Shown piece by piece: positions 16,372-26,659 of a stretch of 64,000 nucleotides of DNA (its first letter is position 1; each line of letters opens with the position of its first letter). Below the pieces are notes generated by a model, which was not told where the DNA came from, made no database searches, and was given only the letters and a program-made list of their open reading frames with translations. Made by a program: the position numbers and the translations under genes. The stretch comes from an uncultured archaeon (lineage in GTDB: Archaea > Aenigmatarchaeota > Aenigmatarchaeia > PWEA01 > JAGHBM01). The DNA is taken from the NCBI GenBank assembly GCA_964640225.1, contig CAZXFI010000001.1, positions 51,507 through 115,506 on the forward strand, read 5' to 3'.

Positions 16372-17124
16372 ATGACAGATAAAAAAGAAGTTTTGGATAA
16401 AAATTCGGACAAGAAAGAAGAGAGCCAGCTCATGGTTCAGGAAAAGAGCATAGTTGTTCCAGGAGAGCTTCTTGCAAAGGGAATAGATTTCCTGCCCGGG
16501 CACGGGACTTACAAGGAGAACGGGGAGATAAGAAGCAAGATACTCGGACTGGTAAAGGTAAAGGAGCATCTAATAGGCGCGGTGCCCCTGTCCGGCGTCT
16601 ACATACCAATGACAGGCGACGGCGTGATAGGAATAGTAAGCGATGTGCAGATTTCGTCTTGGATGGTTGACATAAACGCGCCTTACATAGGCTTCCTGCC
16701 CCTCTCGGAGGGCACGGAGGAGTTCGTTGACCTGACCAGGAGCGACATAACAGATTACTACGACGTGGGAGACGTTATTTACGCCAGGGTCAACAGGGTG
16801 ACGAAAAGAAAAGACGTGCAGCTCACCATGAAGGACAGGATGTGCAGGAAACTGCACGGCGGAAACATGCTCAGGATAACGCCGGCAAAGGTGCCCAGGC
16901 TCATAGGAAGGTCCGGCAGCATGATAGAGATGATAAAGAAGAAGACCGACTGCCACATAATAGTGGGCCAGAACGGACTGGTATGGATAAAGGGAGAAAA
17001 AGAAAGCCTGGCCAAGGAGGCCGTGATGACAGTGGAAAAGGAAAGCCACACGGAAGGCCTTACGGACAGGATAGAGAAAATGCTTGACGAAAAAACCGGG
17101 GCCGGTAAAGAGGTGGTTAAATGA
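16372..17124 (+). CDS. rrp4: Exosome complex RNA-binding subunit Rrp4 (S1 + KH)
   Basis: VVPGELLAKG...YIPMTGDGVIGIV has the S1 architecture, with a C-terminal KH domain. Operon position. Confidence 0.85.
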   Translation: MTDKKEVLDKNSDKKEESQLMVQEKSIVVPGELLAKGIDFLPGHGTYKENGEIRSKILGLVKVKEHLIGAVPLSGVYIPMTGDGVIGIVSDVQISSWMVDINAPYIGFLPLSEGTEEFVDLTRSDITDYYDVGDVIYARVNRVTKRKDVQLTMKDRMCRKLHGGNMLRITPAKVPRLIGRSGSMIEMIKKKTDCHIIVGQNGLVWIKGEKESLAKEAVMTVEKESHTEGLTDRIEKMLDEKTGAGKEVVK

Positions 17125-17873
17125 GCAACAAACAGATTGCAGAAAAACTGATAATAAAGGGCAAGAGGCCGGACGGCAGGAAACTGGATGAAATGAGGGA
17201 AATGGAGGCCAGGGCAGGAGTCATAGAAAGGGCGGACGGCTCGGGATACTTCAGGCTAGGCAACACCATAGCTGTTGCGGCTGTCTACGGTCCGAGGGAG
17301 CTTCACCCGAAGCACCTGACCGACCCGGTAAGGGCTTACGTGAAGTGCAGGTACAACATGGCACCCTTTTCCACCACGGAGAGAATAAGACCGGGGCCCA
17401 GTAGGAGAAGCACCGAGATAAGCAAGGTCATAAAGGAGGCCCTGGGTTCGGTAATGTTCCTGGAGGAATACCCCGGGACGGGCATAGAGGTATACATAGA
17501 AGTCCTGCAGGCCGACGCAAGCACCAGGTGCGTGGGACTTAACGCGGCTTCAATAGCTCTTGCTGACGCGGGAATACCCATGAAAGACCTCATAGCCTCG
17601 TGTGCCGCGGGAAAGGTTGAAGGGGAAATTCTCCTGGATGTGGCAGGAATAGAGGACTGCGAAGGGGAAGTGGACCTGCCCATAGCTTACGTGCCCAGGG
17701 AAAACAAGATATACCTCCTTCAGATGGACGGAATCATAAGCAAGGATGAGATAAAGAAAGCCGTGGAAATGGGCATAGAAGGATGCAAAATAATTTATGA
17801 AAAACAGAAAGAAGCCCTCAAGAAGAAATACGAGGCTTTGGAAAAGGTTTCACAGGAGGTGAACAAAAAATGA
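17121..17873 (+). CDS. rrp41: Exosome complex exonuclease Rrp41 (RNase PH domain)
   Basis: GKRPDGRKLDEMREMEARAGVIERADGSGYFRLGNTIAVAAVYGPRE is a canonical Rrp41 N-terminus. SD GAGGTGG lies upstream. Confidence 0.9.
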   Translation: MSNKQIAEKLIIKGKRPDGRKLDEMREMEARAGVIERADGSGYFRLGNTIAVAAVYGPRELHPKHLTDPVRAYVKCRYNMAPFSTTERIRPGPSRRSTEISKVIKEALGSVMFLEEYPGTGIEVYIEVLQADASTRCVGLNAASIALADAGIPMKDLIASCAAGKVEGEILLDVAGIEDCEGEVDLPIAYVPRENKIYLLQMDGIISKDEIKKAVEMGIEGCKIIYEKQKEALKKKYEALEKVSQEVNKK

Positions 17874-18646
17874 TTACGGAAATAGACAAGGAATACGTAA
17901 AGAGCGTGGTAAAGGAAGGTAAAAGGATAGATGACAGGGGCTTTGAGGACATAAGGAACCTGAAAATAGAGACAGGATACGTGCAGAACGCCGAGGGCTC
18001 CGCCATGATTACCATGGGTAACACAAAAATCCTTGTGGGCGTCAAGATGAAAGTCGGGGAACCTTTCTCCGACACGCCCGACTCCGGAGTATTGATGGTC
18101 AACTCGGAGCTCGGACCAATAGCCTCGCCCGACTTTGAGACAGGCCCGCCGAAACCCCAGTCGGTTGAGCTGGCAAGGGTTGTTGACAGGGGAGTAAGGG
18201 AATCCAAGTGCATGAATCTTGAAAAGCTCTGCATAGAGAAAGGCGAAAAGGTCTGGATGGTATGTATAGACATACACGTGCTCAACGATGACGGGAACCT
18301 GATAGACGCGTCAAGCATAGGGGCCATAGCAGCGCTGCTTGATGCCAAGGTACCGGGACTTAACGAGGACGGCACCATAAACAGGGATGAAATGAAGGAA
18401 AAACTTGAAACAAGAAACATACCGATAGCCTGCACCATCCACAAGATAGGGGAAAACCTTTTGCTTGACCCCACGCTCAAGGAGGAAAGCGCGGTGGACG
18501 CAAGGCTTACGGTAACCACGATAGACGGCATGGTCTGCGCCATGCAGAAGGGTGGCGAGCAGGGCTTCACGCCGGAAGAAATATATAAAGCTATAGATAT
18601 ATCACTAAAGAAGGGTTCCGAGATAAGAAAAAAGTACTTTAAGTGA
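17870..18646 (+). CDS. rrp42: Exosome complex subunit Rrp42 (inactive RNase PH-like)
   Basis: [41 protein letters not shown]. Operon position after rrp41. Confidence 0.85.
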   Translation: MITEIDKEYVKSVVKEGKRIDDRGFEDIRNLKIETGYVQNAEGSAMITMGNTKILVGVKMKVGEPFSDTPDSGVLMVNSELGPIASPDFETGPPKPQSVELARVVDRGVRESKCMNLEKLCIEKGEKVWMVCIDIHVLNDDGNLIDASSIGAIAALLDAKVPGLNEDGTINRDEMKEKLETRNIPIACTIHKIGENLLLDPTLKEESAVDARLTVTTIDGMVCAMQKGGEQGFTPEEIYKAIDISLKKGSEIRKKYFK

Positions 18647-18650
18647 TATT

Positions 18651-18902
18651 ATGAGAAAGAAAAAGAAGACTGGCGGGAAAAAGAAGGTGGGAACTGCCGG
18701 AAGGTTCGGTCCCAGGTACGGGAGAAAAATAAGAATGTCCGTCTCAAAAATAGAGAAGTCCGCGAGAGGGACTTACGAATGCCCTTCCTGCAAGAAAACG
18801 GGACTAAAAAGGGAAAGTTTCGGTATCTGGAAGTGCAGAAAATGCGGAAAGAAATTCGCCGGAGGAGCTTACAGGCCTCCTTCACAGGTCAAGGGTGAAT
18901 GA
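18651..18902 (+). CDS. rpl37ae: 50S ribosomal protein L37Ae
   Basis: [36 protein letters not shown]...[15 protein letters not shown] carries a C4 zinc ribbon typical of L37ae. Confidence 0.9.
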   Translation: MRKKKKTGGKKKVGTAGRFGPRYGRKIRMSVSKIEKSARGTYECPSCKKTGLKRESFGIWKCRKCGKKFAGGAYRPPSQVKGE

Positions 18903-18904
18903 AC

Positions 18905-19039
18905 ATGTACAAATGCATGAATTGCGGCAAGGAACTATCGGAAGAGGATTTGAAAAAAAGGATAAGGTGCTCCTACTGCGGGTACAGAATTCTTCTGAAA
19001 AAAAGGCCGGAAATAGTAAAAAAAGTTAAGGCAAGGTGA
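18905..19039 (+). CDS. rpoP: DNA-directed RNA polymerase subunit P (Rpo12/RpoP), 44 aa zinc ribbon
   Basis: Not in the ORF track (<60 aa). MYKCMNCGKELSEEDLKKRIRCSYCGYRILLKKRPEIVKKVKAR, with CxxC...CxxC. Conserved neighbour of rpl37ae. Confidence 0.75.
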   Translation: MYKCMNCGKELSEEDLKKRIRCSYCGYRILLKKRPEIVKKVKAR

Positions 19040-19043
19040 TAAA

Positions 19044-19412
19044 ATGGCAGAGAAAGTTTCTCCGGAAGCGCAGAAGATGTTCCTTCAGCTTCAGCAGCAG
19101 CAGAAGCAGCTTCAGGGCATAGACGTGCAGAGGCAGAGCCTCTCCTACCAGAAAATGGAGATAGAAAAGGCGCTGGAGGAAGTCAAGAAAAGCGAGGACA
19201 GGGAAGAAATGTTCAAGATAGTGGGACCCATACTCATAAAGAGCTCCAAGGACAGGCTTGAAAAGGAGCTTCAGGAAACCACTGACAAGATAAACAATAA
19301 CCTGAAAATACTGGAAGACAGCGAAAAAAAGCTGGGGGAAAGGATGAACAGCAACCAGCAGAAGCTCCAGGAGATGCTCAGCGGGGGCAAGCCGGCCGCA
19401 GAAGCCGGTTAA
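19044..19412 (+). CDS. pfdB: Prefoldin beta subunit
   Basis: 122 aa coiled-coil protein (QKMFLQLQQQQKQLQGIDVQRQSL...KLGERMNSNQQKLQEML). Conserved end of the exosome superoperon. Confidence 0.8.
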   Translation: MAEKVSPEAQKMFLQLQQQQKQLQGIDVQRQSLSYQKMEIEKALEEVKKSEDREEMFKIVGPILIKSSKDRLEKELQETTDKINNNLKILEDSEKKLGERMNSNQQKLQEMLSGGKPAAEAG

Positions 19413-19446
19413 ACCTTTTTATTTATTTCTTTTTCATATTCTACTT

Positions 19447-20394
19447 ATGAAAGAAATAGCCGAGTTTTTGAAGAAAAAGGACAATTACCTGATACTAACG
19501 CACCACAACGCTGACGTTGACGCCGTGGCTTCGGCCGTTGTTCTGAGGGACTCCCTGGTCCGTATGGGCAAAAAGGCAAGAGTCGGTGTTCCGGAAAGCG
19601 TGAGCGAGGTGGCCCGCAACTTTCTCAGGGAGGAGCTGGAAACTGACCCGGAGGTAAGGGATGAAAAAATAATAGTGGTTGACACCTCGGCCCCGGAGCA
19701 GCTTGAACCCGTGAAAATAGAAAAAGCTGACGTGGTTATAGACCACCATATTCAGGGCAACATAAAATCCGGGCTTTCTTACGTGGAACCCGAGGCAAAA
19801 TCCTGCTCCGAACTGGTCTACATGCTATGCGGGGAAATGGGAACGGAAATAACCCCGGAGATGGCAACCCTTCTCACCGGGGGGATTATATACGACACGG
19901 CCCACTTCAGGAGGGCCGGCCCCGAGACGTTCGTACTTGTGGCTGAACTTCTTAAGAAGGCAGACCGGGATTACCAAAAAATACTTAGCATGCTCAGGAC
20001 CGAGACCGACATCTCGGAGAAGATAGCGATTTTCAAGTCAATGAAAAGGCTCAGGACCTACAGGGCTGGGGAGGCCCTGGTCTGCATCACCTCGGTAGGC
20101 TCCTTTGAGGCCTCCGTGGCCCGGAACCTTCTGAGGCTGGGAGCGGACGTGGCCATAGTCGGCGCCCCGAAGAAAAAGGGGCTCCGCATATCAGGCAGGA
20201 TGAACTGGGCTCTCAGGGAGAAGCTGAATCTTGCGGAAATCTTTGCCAAAACCGAAACCCTGATAGGAGGCTCTGCCGGGGGGCATGACGTGGCGGCCTC
20301 CGCGAACGGCAAGAATCCGGAGAACATGGGCAAGGCGCTGAACCTGATACTCAGGGAAATAGAAAACAGGTTCGGAAAAGCAAAAGAATTATAG
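19447..20394 (+). CDS. DHH-DHHA1 family phosphoesterase (NrnA-like nanoRNase/pAp phosphatase)
   Basis: LILTHHNADVDAVASAVV, VVIDHHIQG and GGGHDVAASA are DHH, DHH and GGGH motifs. Confidence 0.7.
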   Translation: MKEIAEFLKKKDNYLILTHHNADVDAVASAVVLRDSLVRMGKKARVGVPESVSEVARNFLREELETDPEVRDEKIIVVDTSAPEQLEPVKIEKADVVIDHHIQGNIKSGLSYVEPEAKSCSELVYMLCGEMGTEITPEMATLLTGGIIYDTAHFRRAGPETFVLVAELLKKADRDYQKILSMLRTETDISEKIAIFKSMKRLRTYRAGEALVCITSVGSFEASVARNLLRLGADVAIVGAPKKKGLRISGRMNWALREKLNLAEIFAKTETLIGGSAGGHDVAASANGKNPENMGKALNLILREIENRFGKAKEL

Positions 20395-21129
20395 GTTTTT
20401 CACCTTTCCCAGATAGGTCCCATCCAAAAGGTAAACGCCACATTCTTTGGTCTTTATAACCCCGTTCTTCATGATGGGCCCCAGCTCCGAGCCCTCCCTG
20501 TTCACAGGAAGGCCGCCCACCAGGGGATTGAACGCGGGCACCACAACAGCTTCCCTTGTTTCTCCCTTCTCCCCGTACTTTTCCGCAACCTTCTTCCTGT
20601 CCAGCCTGCACCTAAGCCAGCAGGGCTCTATTGAGCGGAATCCCAGCGAGTCGCGGAATTCCACCGCGGGGTGGGAGTGCCCCCTTACCAGAACAAAGGC
20701 CTTCAGCAGCTCTTTGCCTGGCCAGCTGTGCCCGTGGTTGAAGAAGTATTCACCGGACCTGAAGCCGGAAGAAGGATGAACGCGAACCTTTTTCGGGGCT
20801 ATTTTTTTGATGTTGCCGTCATGGTTTCCTGGGCACACGTGGACCTCCAGCTCTTCGGACAGCTCCTCCAGGAAAACGGGTACTTCCCTTTCCTCCTGCC
20901 TGCTTATCCCGTAAAAGTCGTGCTTCACGTCTCCCAGGAGCACCAGCCTGCCGCACCCGTTGCCCGAGGCAAGCTTCAGTATTCTGTCCCTTATCTTCCC
21001 TATGTTTGAAATGACCGTAAAACCTGACCTGTAGAACTCGCTCTCTATTCCCAGGTGAAGGTCCCCCACGACGAGAGTCCCGTCTGCCACAAGGGCCGGC
21101 TCGCCTGTTATGAACTTCATGAAAACCAC
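20389..21129 (-). CDS. Calcineurin-like metallophosphoesterase
   Basis: [28 protein letters not shown] and RGHSHP motifs. Confidence 0.6.
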   Translation of the reverse strand: MVFMKFITGEPALVADGTLVVGDLHLGIESEFYRSGFTVISNIGKIRDRILKLASGNGCGRLVLLGDVKHDFYGISRQEEREVPVFLEELSEELEVHVCPGNHDGNIKKIAPKKVRVHPSSGFRSGEYFFNHGHSWPGKELLKAFVLVRGHSHPAVEFRDSLGFRSIEPCWLRCRLDRKKVAEKYGEKGETREAVVVPAFNPLVGGLPVNREGSELGPIMKNGVIKTKECGVYLLDGTYLGKVKNL

Positions 21130-21161
21130 TTTTTAATAAACTAAAATCAATTAATTATTGT

Positions 21162-21905
21162 ATGTTTAAATTGGTTCTTCTGAGGCACGGGGAAAGCGTC
21201 TGGAACAGGGACAACCGCTTCACCGGGTGGACTGACGTGGGGCTCAGTGAGAGAGGCGTTAATCAGTCCAGGGAAGCCGGCAGGATTCTCAGGGAAAACG
21301 GGTTCACCTTTGACATAGTTTTCACCTCGGTGCTCAAGAGGGCTATGAAAACCACGGAACTTGTCCTTGAGGAAATGGGCCTGGACGTGCCTGTTGAAAA
21401 GTCATGGCGCCTTAATGAAAAACATTACGGGGCCCTGCAGGGATTGTACAAAAAAAAGACTGCAGAGGAGGTCGGAGAAGAACAGGTCCACAAGTGGAGA
21501 AGGTGCTATGACGTCAGGCCTCCGGCGCTGGAAAAAAGAGACAACAGGCATCCCGCGAAAGACCCGCTTTACAAGGGCTTGGATGAAAAGGATTTGCCCG
21601 CAACGGAGTGCCTGAAGGACGTGGTGGAGAGGTTTCTGCCCTACTGGCACGAAAAGATAAAGCCCGCAATCAAATCCGGAAAAAAGGTTCTTGTTTCGGC
21701 GCACGGCAACAGCCTCCGGGCCCTGGTGAAGCATCTGGATAAAATACCGGACAAAAAAATCGCGGAACTGAACATACCGGTAGGGGTGCCCCTGGTGTAC
21801 GAGTTGGATGACGAACTTAAACCATTGAGACACTACTACCTGGGCGACCAGGAAAAAATAAAGAAAATGGTACAAAGCACGGAAAACGAAGCAAAGATTA
21901 AATAG
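21162..21905 (+). CDS. gpmA: 2,3-bisphosphoglycerate-dependent phosphoglycerate mutase
   Basis: [29 protein letters not shown] and [13 protein letters not shown] are dPGM catalytic His motifs. 247 aa. Confidence 0.85.
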   Translation: MFKLVLLRHGESVWNRDNRFTGWTDVGLSERGVNQSREAGRILRENGFTFDIVFTSVLKRAMKTTELVLEEMGLDVPVEKSWRLNEKHYGALQGLYKKKTAEEVGEEQVHKWRRCYDVRPPALEKRDNRHPAKDPLYKGLDEKDLPATECLKDVVERFLPYWHEKIKPAIKSGKKVLVSAHGNSLRALVKHLDKIPDKKIAELNIPVGVPLVYELDDELKPLRHYYLGDQEKIKKMVQSTENEAKIK

Positions 21906-21934
21906 GTTTTTGCACAATCTTATAGAGTGGTATT

Positions 21935-23443
21935 ATGAGCATAGGCACAGTCATATCAACGCAGGACGGGCCGAGCGTCTCCTCTTTCAGCTTCGTTATA
22001 AACGAGGACGGGCCCACGGCAAAGCAGGGCCAGTTCGTCACGCTGAAAACCCCCGAGGGCACCATGGTGGCCAGAATATGCGACATTTTCAAGTCCAACC
22101 GCTATTTCCAGAGGGCAGAAAGCGTTCGTGAGTACGAGAAATCGGGGAAAAGGATGTCCGAGATTTTCCCTGTGGAAAGGTGGGAATATCTCATAGGCAA
22201 GGCCAAGCCCCTTGCGGTTTTCTCCGGGTCGCTTTTCCAGAGGCCGTGTTTTCCTCCCTCGCCGGGGGACTCCGTGGAGCTCGCATCAAGCGACGTTTTG
22301 TCGGAATTCATAGGCTTTGACACGAAAGGAATGGACATAGGCAAGATAAACTTTCATGACGTGCGGGCCAGACTCAGCCTTACGAGGCTCCTGCAGAAGC
22401 ATCTGGCCATTCTGAGCATAAGCGGAGGGGGGAAAAGCTACCTGACTTCGGTGATAATAGAGGAACTGCTGGACAGGAAGCCCGAGGACGGACAGGTCGC
22501 CACGATTATAATAGACACCCACGGCGAGTACATAGGTTTCGCCGAGGACGGGAATTACAGAGACAGGGTTTCCGTGGTTACCGGGAAGGACTTTAAGATA
22601 GGGGTGCCCGGGCTTTCCGTATCGCTTCTCTCTCATTTCATACCGGACATGACGCATGTCCAGGAAAGAGAGTTGAGAAGGATACTCAGCGACGCAAGGC
22701 AGACCATGAAAGGCAGGGCCTACGATTTGAACGACATAATAAGGATGGTGGCGGAGGATGAGAAGGTGAAGAGCTCCACCAAGGACATACTGATAACGAT
22801 ACTTTCCCACCTGCGGGGCACGGGCTTCTTCGGTGTCGGGGACAATCCGAGCCTTGACACCCTTGCAAAGCAGGGCCACGTTACGGTCATAGACGTCTCG
22901 GACATAACGTCACTAAGGAAAAGGCAGATGCTTGTCTCCTACCTGGGCAGGAAGCTTTTTGATGCCAGGACCGAGAACAGGATTCCGCCCTTTGTTTTCA
23001 TAGTGGAGGAGGCCCACAACTTCGCCCCCGAGGGAGTCAAGCGGGAGGCCGCGCTGAGCAAGGGCATCATAGAGAAAATAGCAAGGGAAGGCAGGAAATT
23101 CCATGCCTCGCTGTGCCTTATCTCGCAGCGCCCGATTCAACTGTCCACCACGGCGCTTTCCCAGTGCAATACACACATAATCCTCCGAGTAACGAACCCT
23201 TACGACCTGGACCACATAGGAAAGAGCTCCGAGGGGCTCACGAGGGACGTGCTGGACACGATATCCTCGCTGAGGGTAGGGGAGGCCCTGATAGTCGGGG
23301 AGGCCGTGAACTGTCCGGTGTTCGTCAAGGTAAGGAAAAGGAAATCCGTGAAGAGCGAAAGGGGGATGCCGCTTGAGGAAGCGGCCGTGAAGTACCACAA
23401 GGAGCGCGCGGAGAAAAGCAGCGATGCCAGGAGTTTTATGTAA
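21935..23443 (+). CDS. herA: HerA-like (DUF87/FtsK-HerA superfamily) ATPase
   Basis: N-terminal HAS-barrel-like segment. Walker A SISGGGKSYLTSVI and Walker B VFIVEEAHNFAP. About 500 aa, as for HerA. Confidence 0.7.
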   Translation: MSIGTVISTQDGPSVSSFSFVINEDGPTAKQGQFVTLKTPEGTMVARICDIFKSNRYFQRAESVREYEKSGKRMSEIFPVERWEYLIGKAKPLAVFSGSLFQRPCFPPSPGDSVELASSDVLSEFIGFDTKGMDIGKINFHDVRARLSLTRLLQKHLAILSISGGGKSYLTSVIIEELLDRKPEDGQVATIIIDTHGEYIGFAEDGNYRDRVSVVTGKDFKIGVPGLSVSLLSHFIPDMTHVQERELRRILSDARQTMKGRAYDLNDIIRMVAEDEKVKSSTKDILITILSHLRGTGFFGVGDNPSLDTLAKQGHVTVIDVSDITSLRKRQMLVSYLGRKLFDARTENRIPPFVFIVEEAHNFAPEGVKREAALSKGIIEKIAREGRKFHASLCLISQRPIQLSTTALSQCNTHIILRVTNPYDLDHIGKSSEGLTRDVLDTISSLRVGEALIVGEAVNCPVFVKVRKRKSVKSERGMPLEEAAVKYHKERAEKSSDARSFM

Positions 23444-23576
23444 CCGGAAAGTATAAATAATAACAGTGTTATATATTATTGCTCGCCTTTGAAAGGAATT
23501 TAAATAACTTTTGCCACATAATATAATGGCCATGTGGCCGAAAAAGCCACAAAATGCCCCTGAAGAGGTGAGTTAG

Positions 23577-23801
23577 GTGTGCGAAATATACAAAGATTCG
23601 TTAAGACCTGTTTCTTCGGACGAGATGCTGTTCCGCGATGAAGACGGGGAAATTAAAGTATACAACAAAGGAGAAATTTACGGCTGGGTGGCGAGACGTA
23701 GCCCGGATGGTGTGAAAATAGGACTCAGCGAGTATGACCCAAGGGTACAGGAATACATCAAAAAGCATATAGACAGCGAAGATATAGTTGAAAGAAAATA
23801 A
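23577..23801 (+). CDS. Hypothetical small protein (GTG start), in AT-rich island
   Basis: ORF-track entry. SD-like GAGGTGAG upstream. No recognisable domain. Confidence 0.3.
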   Translation: MCEIYKDSLRPVSSDEMLFRDEDGEIKVYNKGEIYGWVARRSPDGVKIGLSEYDPRVQEYIKKHIDSEDIVERK

Positions 23802-23849
23802 ACGAAAAATAAGATGGCGCTTTAATATTTTGTTTTAGGTGGGGGTTGA

Positions 23850-24644
23850 ATGGATAACCCAAAAATAGAATTTGATAGCTTCTATGAGGACTGGCAAAAA
23901 AACTTAGGCATGAAATTCAAGAGAGATAAAAACTACTTAATGGACCTTCTTATGCCGGATAGGAAACTTGTCAAGATATACGAGTCCATAAAGGAACTTT
24001 CTCTGGGCAAATTCGCCAGTTATATCAAAGACTCCGGTAAAGACGAAATAAACGTGGAAGACCTCATAAGCCTTTACTCGCTTGAAAAGAAGCTGAACAA
24101 CGGCGACGGCTCCAAGAGTTTGAAAACTATTGAAATGAAAAACCTGATGGAAGAATATTTTGACACGCAAATAGAGCTTCTGGGATTCGGAAAAACCAAC
24201 GAAAAACTGGAACTAACGGAACCTAAAAGTATAGGAAACAAGAAGAACCTTGAAAGGGCTTACCAAAACGTAACTAATTTTACCAATGAGTTCAAAAAAT
24301 ACACAAACTATTTGAAAAACAAACTACAACCCGTTGAAAAAAATCTTCAAAGCAAAATAGAATGTTATGAAAACAAAATAAAAGAATACGACATGAACCT
24401 AGAAGAAAAGCAATCCCACCCCTTCAAGAGAATTGAGAAGAAGAGGGAAGACACAGAAATCGACAAGAAGGGAGCGGAAATTGAGAAGAAGGAATACGAA
24501 CTAATTCTCCAGAGAATTAACGGCTCCATAGAATACATGCATAACGAAAGGAAAAGGGAAATAAAAAACATAATAGCCCATTTGGAAATAGATAAAATGG
24601 ACAGAACCAGAAATAAAGAAAGCCAGCAAATAATGTACGGCTAA
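23850..24644 (+). CDS. Hypothetical Lys/Glu/Asn-rich protein in AT-rich island
   Basis: 264 aa. Codon usage is AAA/GAA/AAT-rich, unlike the neighbours. No recognisable domain. Confidence 0.4.
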   Translation: MDNPKIEFDSFYEDWQKNLGMKFKRDKNYLMDLLMPDRKLVKIYESIKELSLGKFASYIKDSGKDEINVEDLISLYSLEKKLNNGDGSKSLKTIEMKNLMEEYFDTQIELLGFGKTNEKLELTEPKSIGNKKNLERAYQNVTNFTNEFKKYTNYLKNKLQPVEKNLQSKIECYENKIKEYDMNLEEKQSHPFKRIEKKREDTEIDKKGAEIEKKEYELILQRINGSIEYMHNERKREIKNIIAHLEIDKMDRTRNKESQQIMYG

Positions 24645-26659
24645 TTATAGGGACTGCCGACCAGCCTTACGTGCGTGGGCTCGTTCTTCTCTCTCTTCCT
24701 TTCCAGCCTGTAAAGATATCCGGTAACAGCGCTCTCCAGCTTCTCGTCGTGGGTTATCAAAAACACCTGGTCCACGAACTCGCCGACCCTGGTCCTGAGG
24801 ACCTCGGCCAAATACTCCACAGCCTGCGAATCCAGGTTGTGCGTGGGCTCGTCCAGCACCAGCCACTTCAGGTTGGGAGCCAGCACCAGAGCGAACGCAA
24901 TCCTCAGGGCAAGGCACGCCGTGGTCCTCTCGCCCCCCGAGGCAATTCCCTCAACCGTGACCCAGCTTCCCCGGGATTCCTTGAGCTCCAGGCTGTAATC
25001 GCCCTCATTCACGGAAAGCCTCAGGTTGGTCAAATCCTCGTAAGGGTACAGGTACTCCCATATCCTGTCCATGGTGAAATTCACGGCATCCACGAATTCT
25101 CTTCTCAGGGTTACCTGGGTTTCCTTCAGGGCCTTTTCAAATTTTTTCAGTTCCTCCGAAAGGGCCTGCATCTTTTTTACCTGCTTCCTGTAACTCTCAA
25201 AAAGCTTTTTCTTTTCCTCCACGCCTTTAAGCTGCTCCTCTCTTTCCTTCAGCAGCCTCCGGTTGTTTTCCAGGTTTGCCCCCAGTTCGCTGCATCTCCC
25301 GTAAAGCTCCTGCAGTCTTTTCTGCAGCTTCTCCGCCTTCTCCTTGCCCGCGGCTTTCTTTTTTTCCTCCAATTCCTTCTCCAGCCCATGAAGCTTTTTC
25401 TTGTACTCAACCAGTTTCTTTTTCTTTTCCTCCTGCTCCTTTATTTTTTTCTCCATGCTACCCAGTTCGTATAATTCCTCTTTTGCCCGGTCTATTTTTT
25501 TCTTCAAGGTCCGGTTTTTCTCTTCCAGCTCCTCCAGCTCCTTCCTTGTCTTTTTCATCTCCCCTTCTTTTTTCCTGATTTCCTCCTTGCTCTTCTTTAT
25601 TATTTTTTCCTTGTGCGACTTTGTGAGCTTTTTTTCGCAGACAGGGCATTTCCCTTCCGCGGGCTTGAGGCTTTCTATCCTTTCCACCAGCTCCTTTATG
25701 GAAACCCTGCACCCGCTTTCCTTTTCCAGGGCTTCCCTGATTTTTTTCCGGTTCTCCTCCAGTGCCTTCTCTTCTTTCTCCAGCTCATCCTCAGCCTTTT
25801 TAATTTTTTTCGCGATTTCCTTGCCTGTTTCCAGGTTCCTGAAAGTTTCCAGGTCCTCGGAAAGATTCTTCACGGCTCCCGTAAGCACGTCCAGCTCCTT
25901 TTCCTTTTCCTTAAATAGACTTGCCTTTTCCTTTTCCTTTTCATAATCCTTCTCCAGCTTTTCCTTTTCCTTCCCTGCCTTGCTTCTTTCCTCCTCCAGC
26001 TTTTCCTGCTCTTTCTCCAGTCCCCTTATCTCTTTTTCCAGCTCCCCTATCTTTCCGAAATCCTCCTTGTCCTCCATCTCTCCGATAAGCTTTGTCTTGT
26101 CCCTTACGTTGTCCCTTATCCTGTTGGCCAGCGTGGTGGCGGAAGACCTGGCGCTTTCAAACTTATCTATCCTCAGGAGCGCGTCAATCTTCCTCATCCT
26201 CTGGCCCCTGGGTATGGTGAGAAAAGAATCCAGCCCGTTCTGCTCCGAGTAGATGGCGCGGGAGAAAAGGTCGTAGTTTATTTTGAGGGCCTTCTCCACC
26301 AGCTCGGTGACCCTTGAAGAGCCCGTGTCCAGCAGGATCCCGCCCTTCCTTATCTCCGCCTTCGTGGTGCCCTTGCCCCGCTCCACGACTCTCTTCACCG
26401 TATACTTTTCCCCGGCCTCAAACGAGACCTCCACCTCGGCTTTCTCCCTGACCTGCGGCCTGTTCATTATAACGTTGTCCAGCGTAAGCTTCCTTGCCTG
26501 GAGCGCGGGAAAGGTCCCGAAAAGCGCGAAGCTTATTGAGTCAAGCAGGCTGCTCTTCCCGGCCCCCATCACTCCTATAAGGGCGTTGGTGCCCTTTGAA
26601 AAGGAGAACTCCGAATCCCAGTGGCTCCTCCAGTTTTTCAGCTTTACATCACTAATCAT
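24641..26659 (-). CDS. rad50: DNA double-strand break repair Rad50 ATPase; start taken at internal Met (MISDVKL) to avoid overlap with mre11
   Basis: Walker A GVMGAGKSS. Long coiled coil with a CPVCEKKL zinc hook. C-terminal signature and D-loop LVLDEPTHNLD. Confidence 0.85.
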   Translation of the reverse strand: MISDVKLKNWRSHWDSEFSFSKGTNALIGVMGAGKSSLLDSISFALFGTFPALQARKLTLDNVIMNRPQVREKAEVEVSFEAGEKYTVKRVVERGKGTTKAEIRKGGILLDTGSSRVTELVEKALKINYDLFSRAIYSEQNGLDSFLTIPRGQRMRKIDALLRIDKFESARSSATTLANRIRDNVRDKTKLIGEMEDKEDFGKIGELEKEIRGLEKEQEKLEEERSKAGKEKEKLEKDYEKEKEKASLFKEKEKELDVLTGAVKNLSEDLETFRNLETGKEIAKKIKKAEDELEKEEKALEENRKKIREALEKESGCRVSIKELVERIESLKPAEGKCPVCEKKLTKSHKEKIIKKSKEEIRKKEGEMKKTRKELEELEEKNRTLKKKIDRAKEELYELGSMEKKIKEQEEKKKKLVEYKKKLHGLEKELEEKKKAAGKEKAEKLQKRLQELYGRCSELGANLENNRRLLKEREEQLKGVEEKKKLFESYRKQVKKMQALSEELKKFEKALKETQVTLRREFVDAVNFTMDRIWEYLYPYEDLTNLRLSVNEGDYSLELKESRGSWVTVEGIASGGERTTACLALRIAFALVLAPNLKWLVLDEPTHNLDSQAVEYLAEVLRTRVGEFVDQVFLITHDEKLESAVTGYLYRLERKREKNEPTHVRLVGSPYN

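Noticed and set aside
24671-26252. + strand ORFs (24671..25474, 25276..25578, 25401..25946, 25613..25918, 25980..26252) inside rad50
   Set aside because: They are antisense to the Rad50 coiled-coil, a K/E-rich region made of AAG/GAG repeats, and give Phe/Leu/Ser-rich low-complexity translations. rad50 on the - strand has Walker A/B motifs and a zinc hook.
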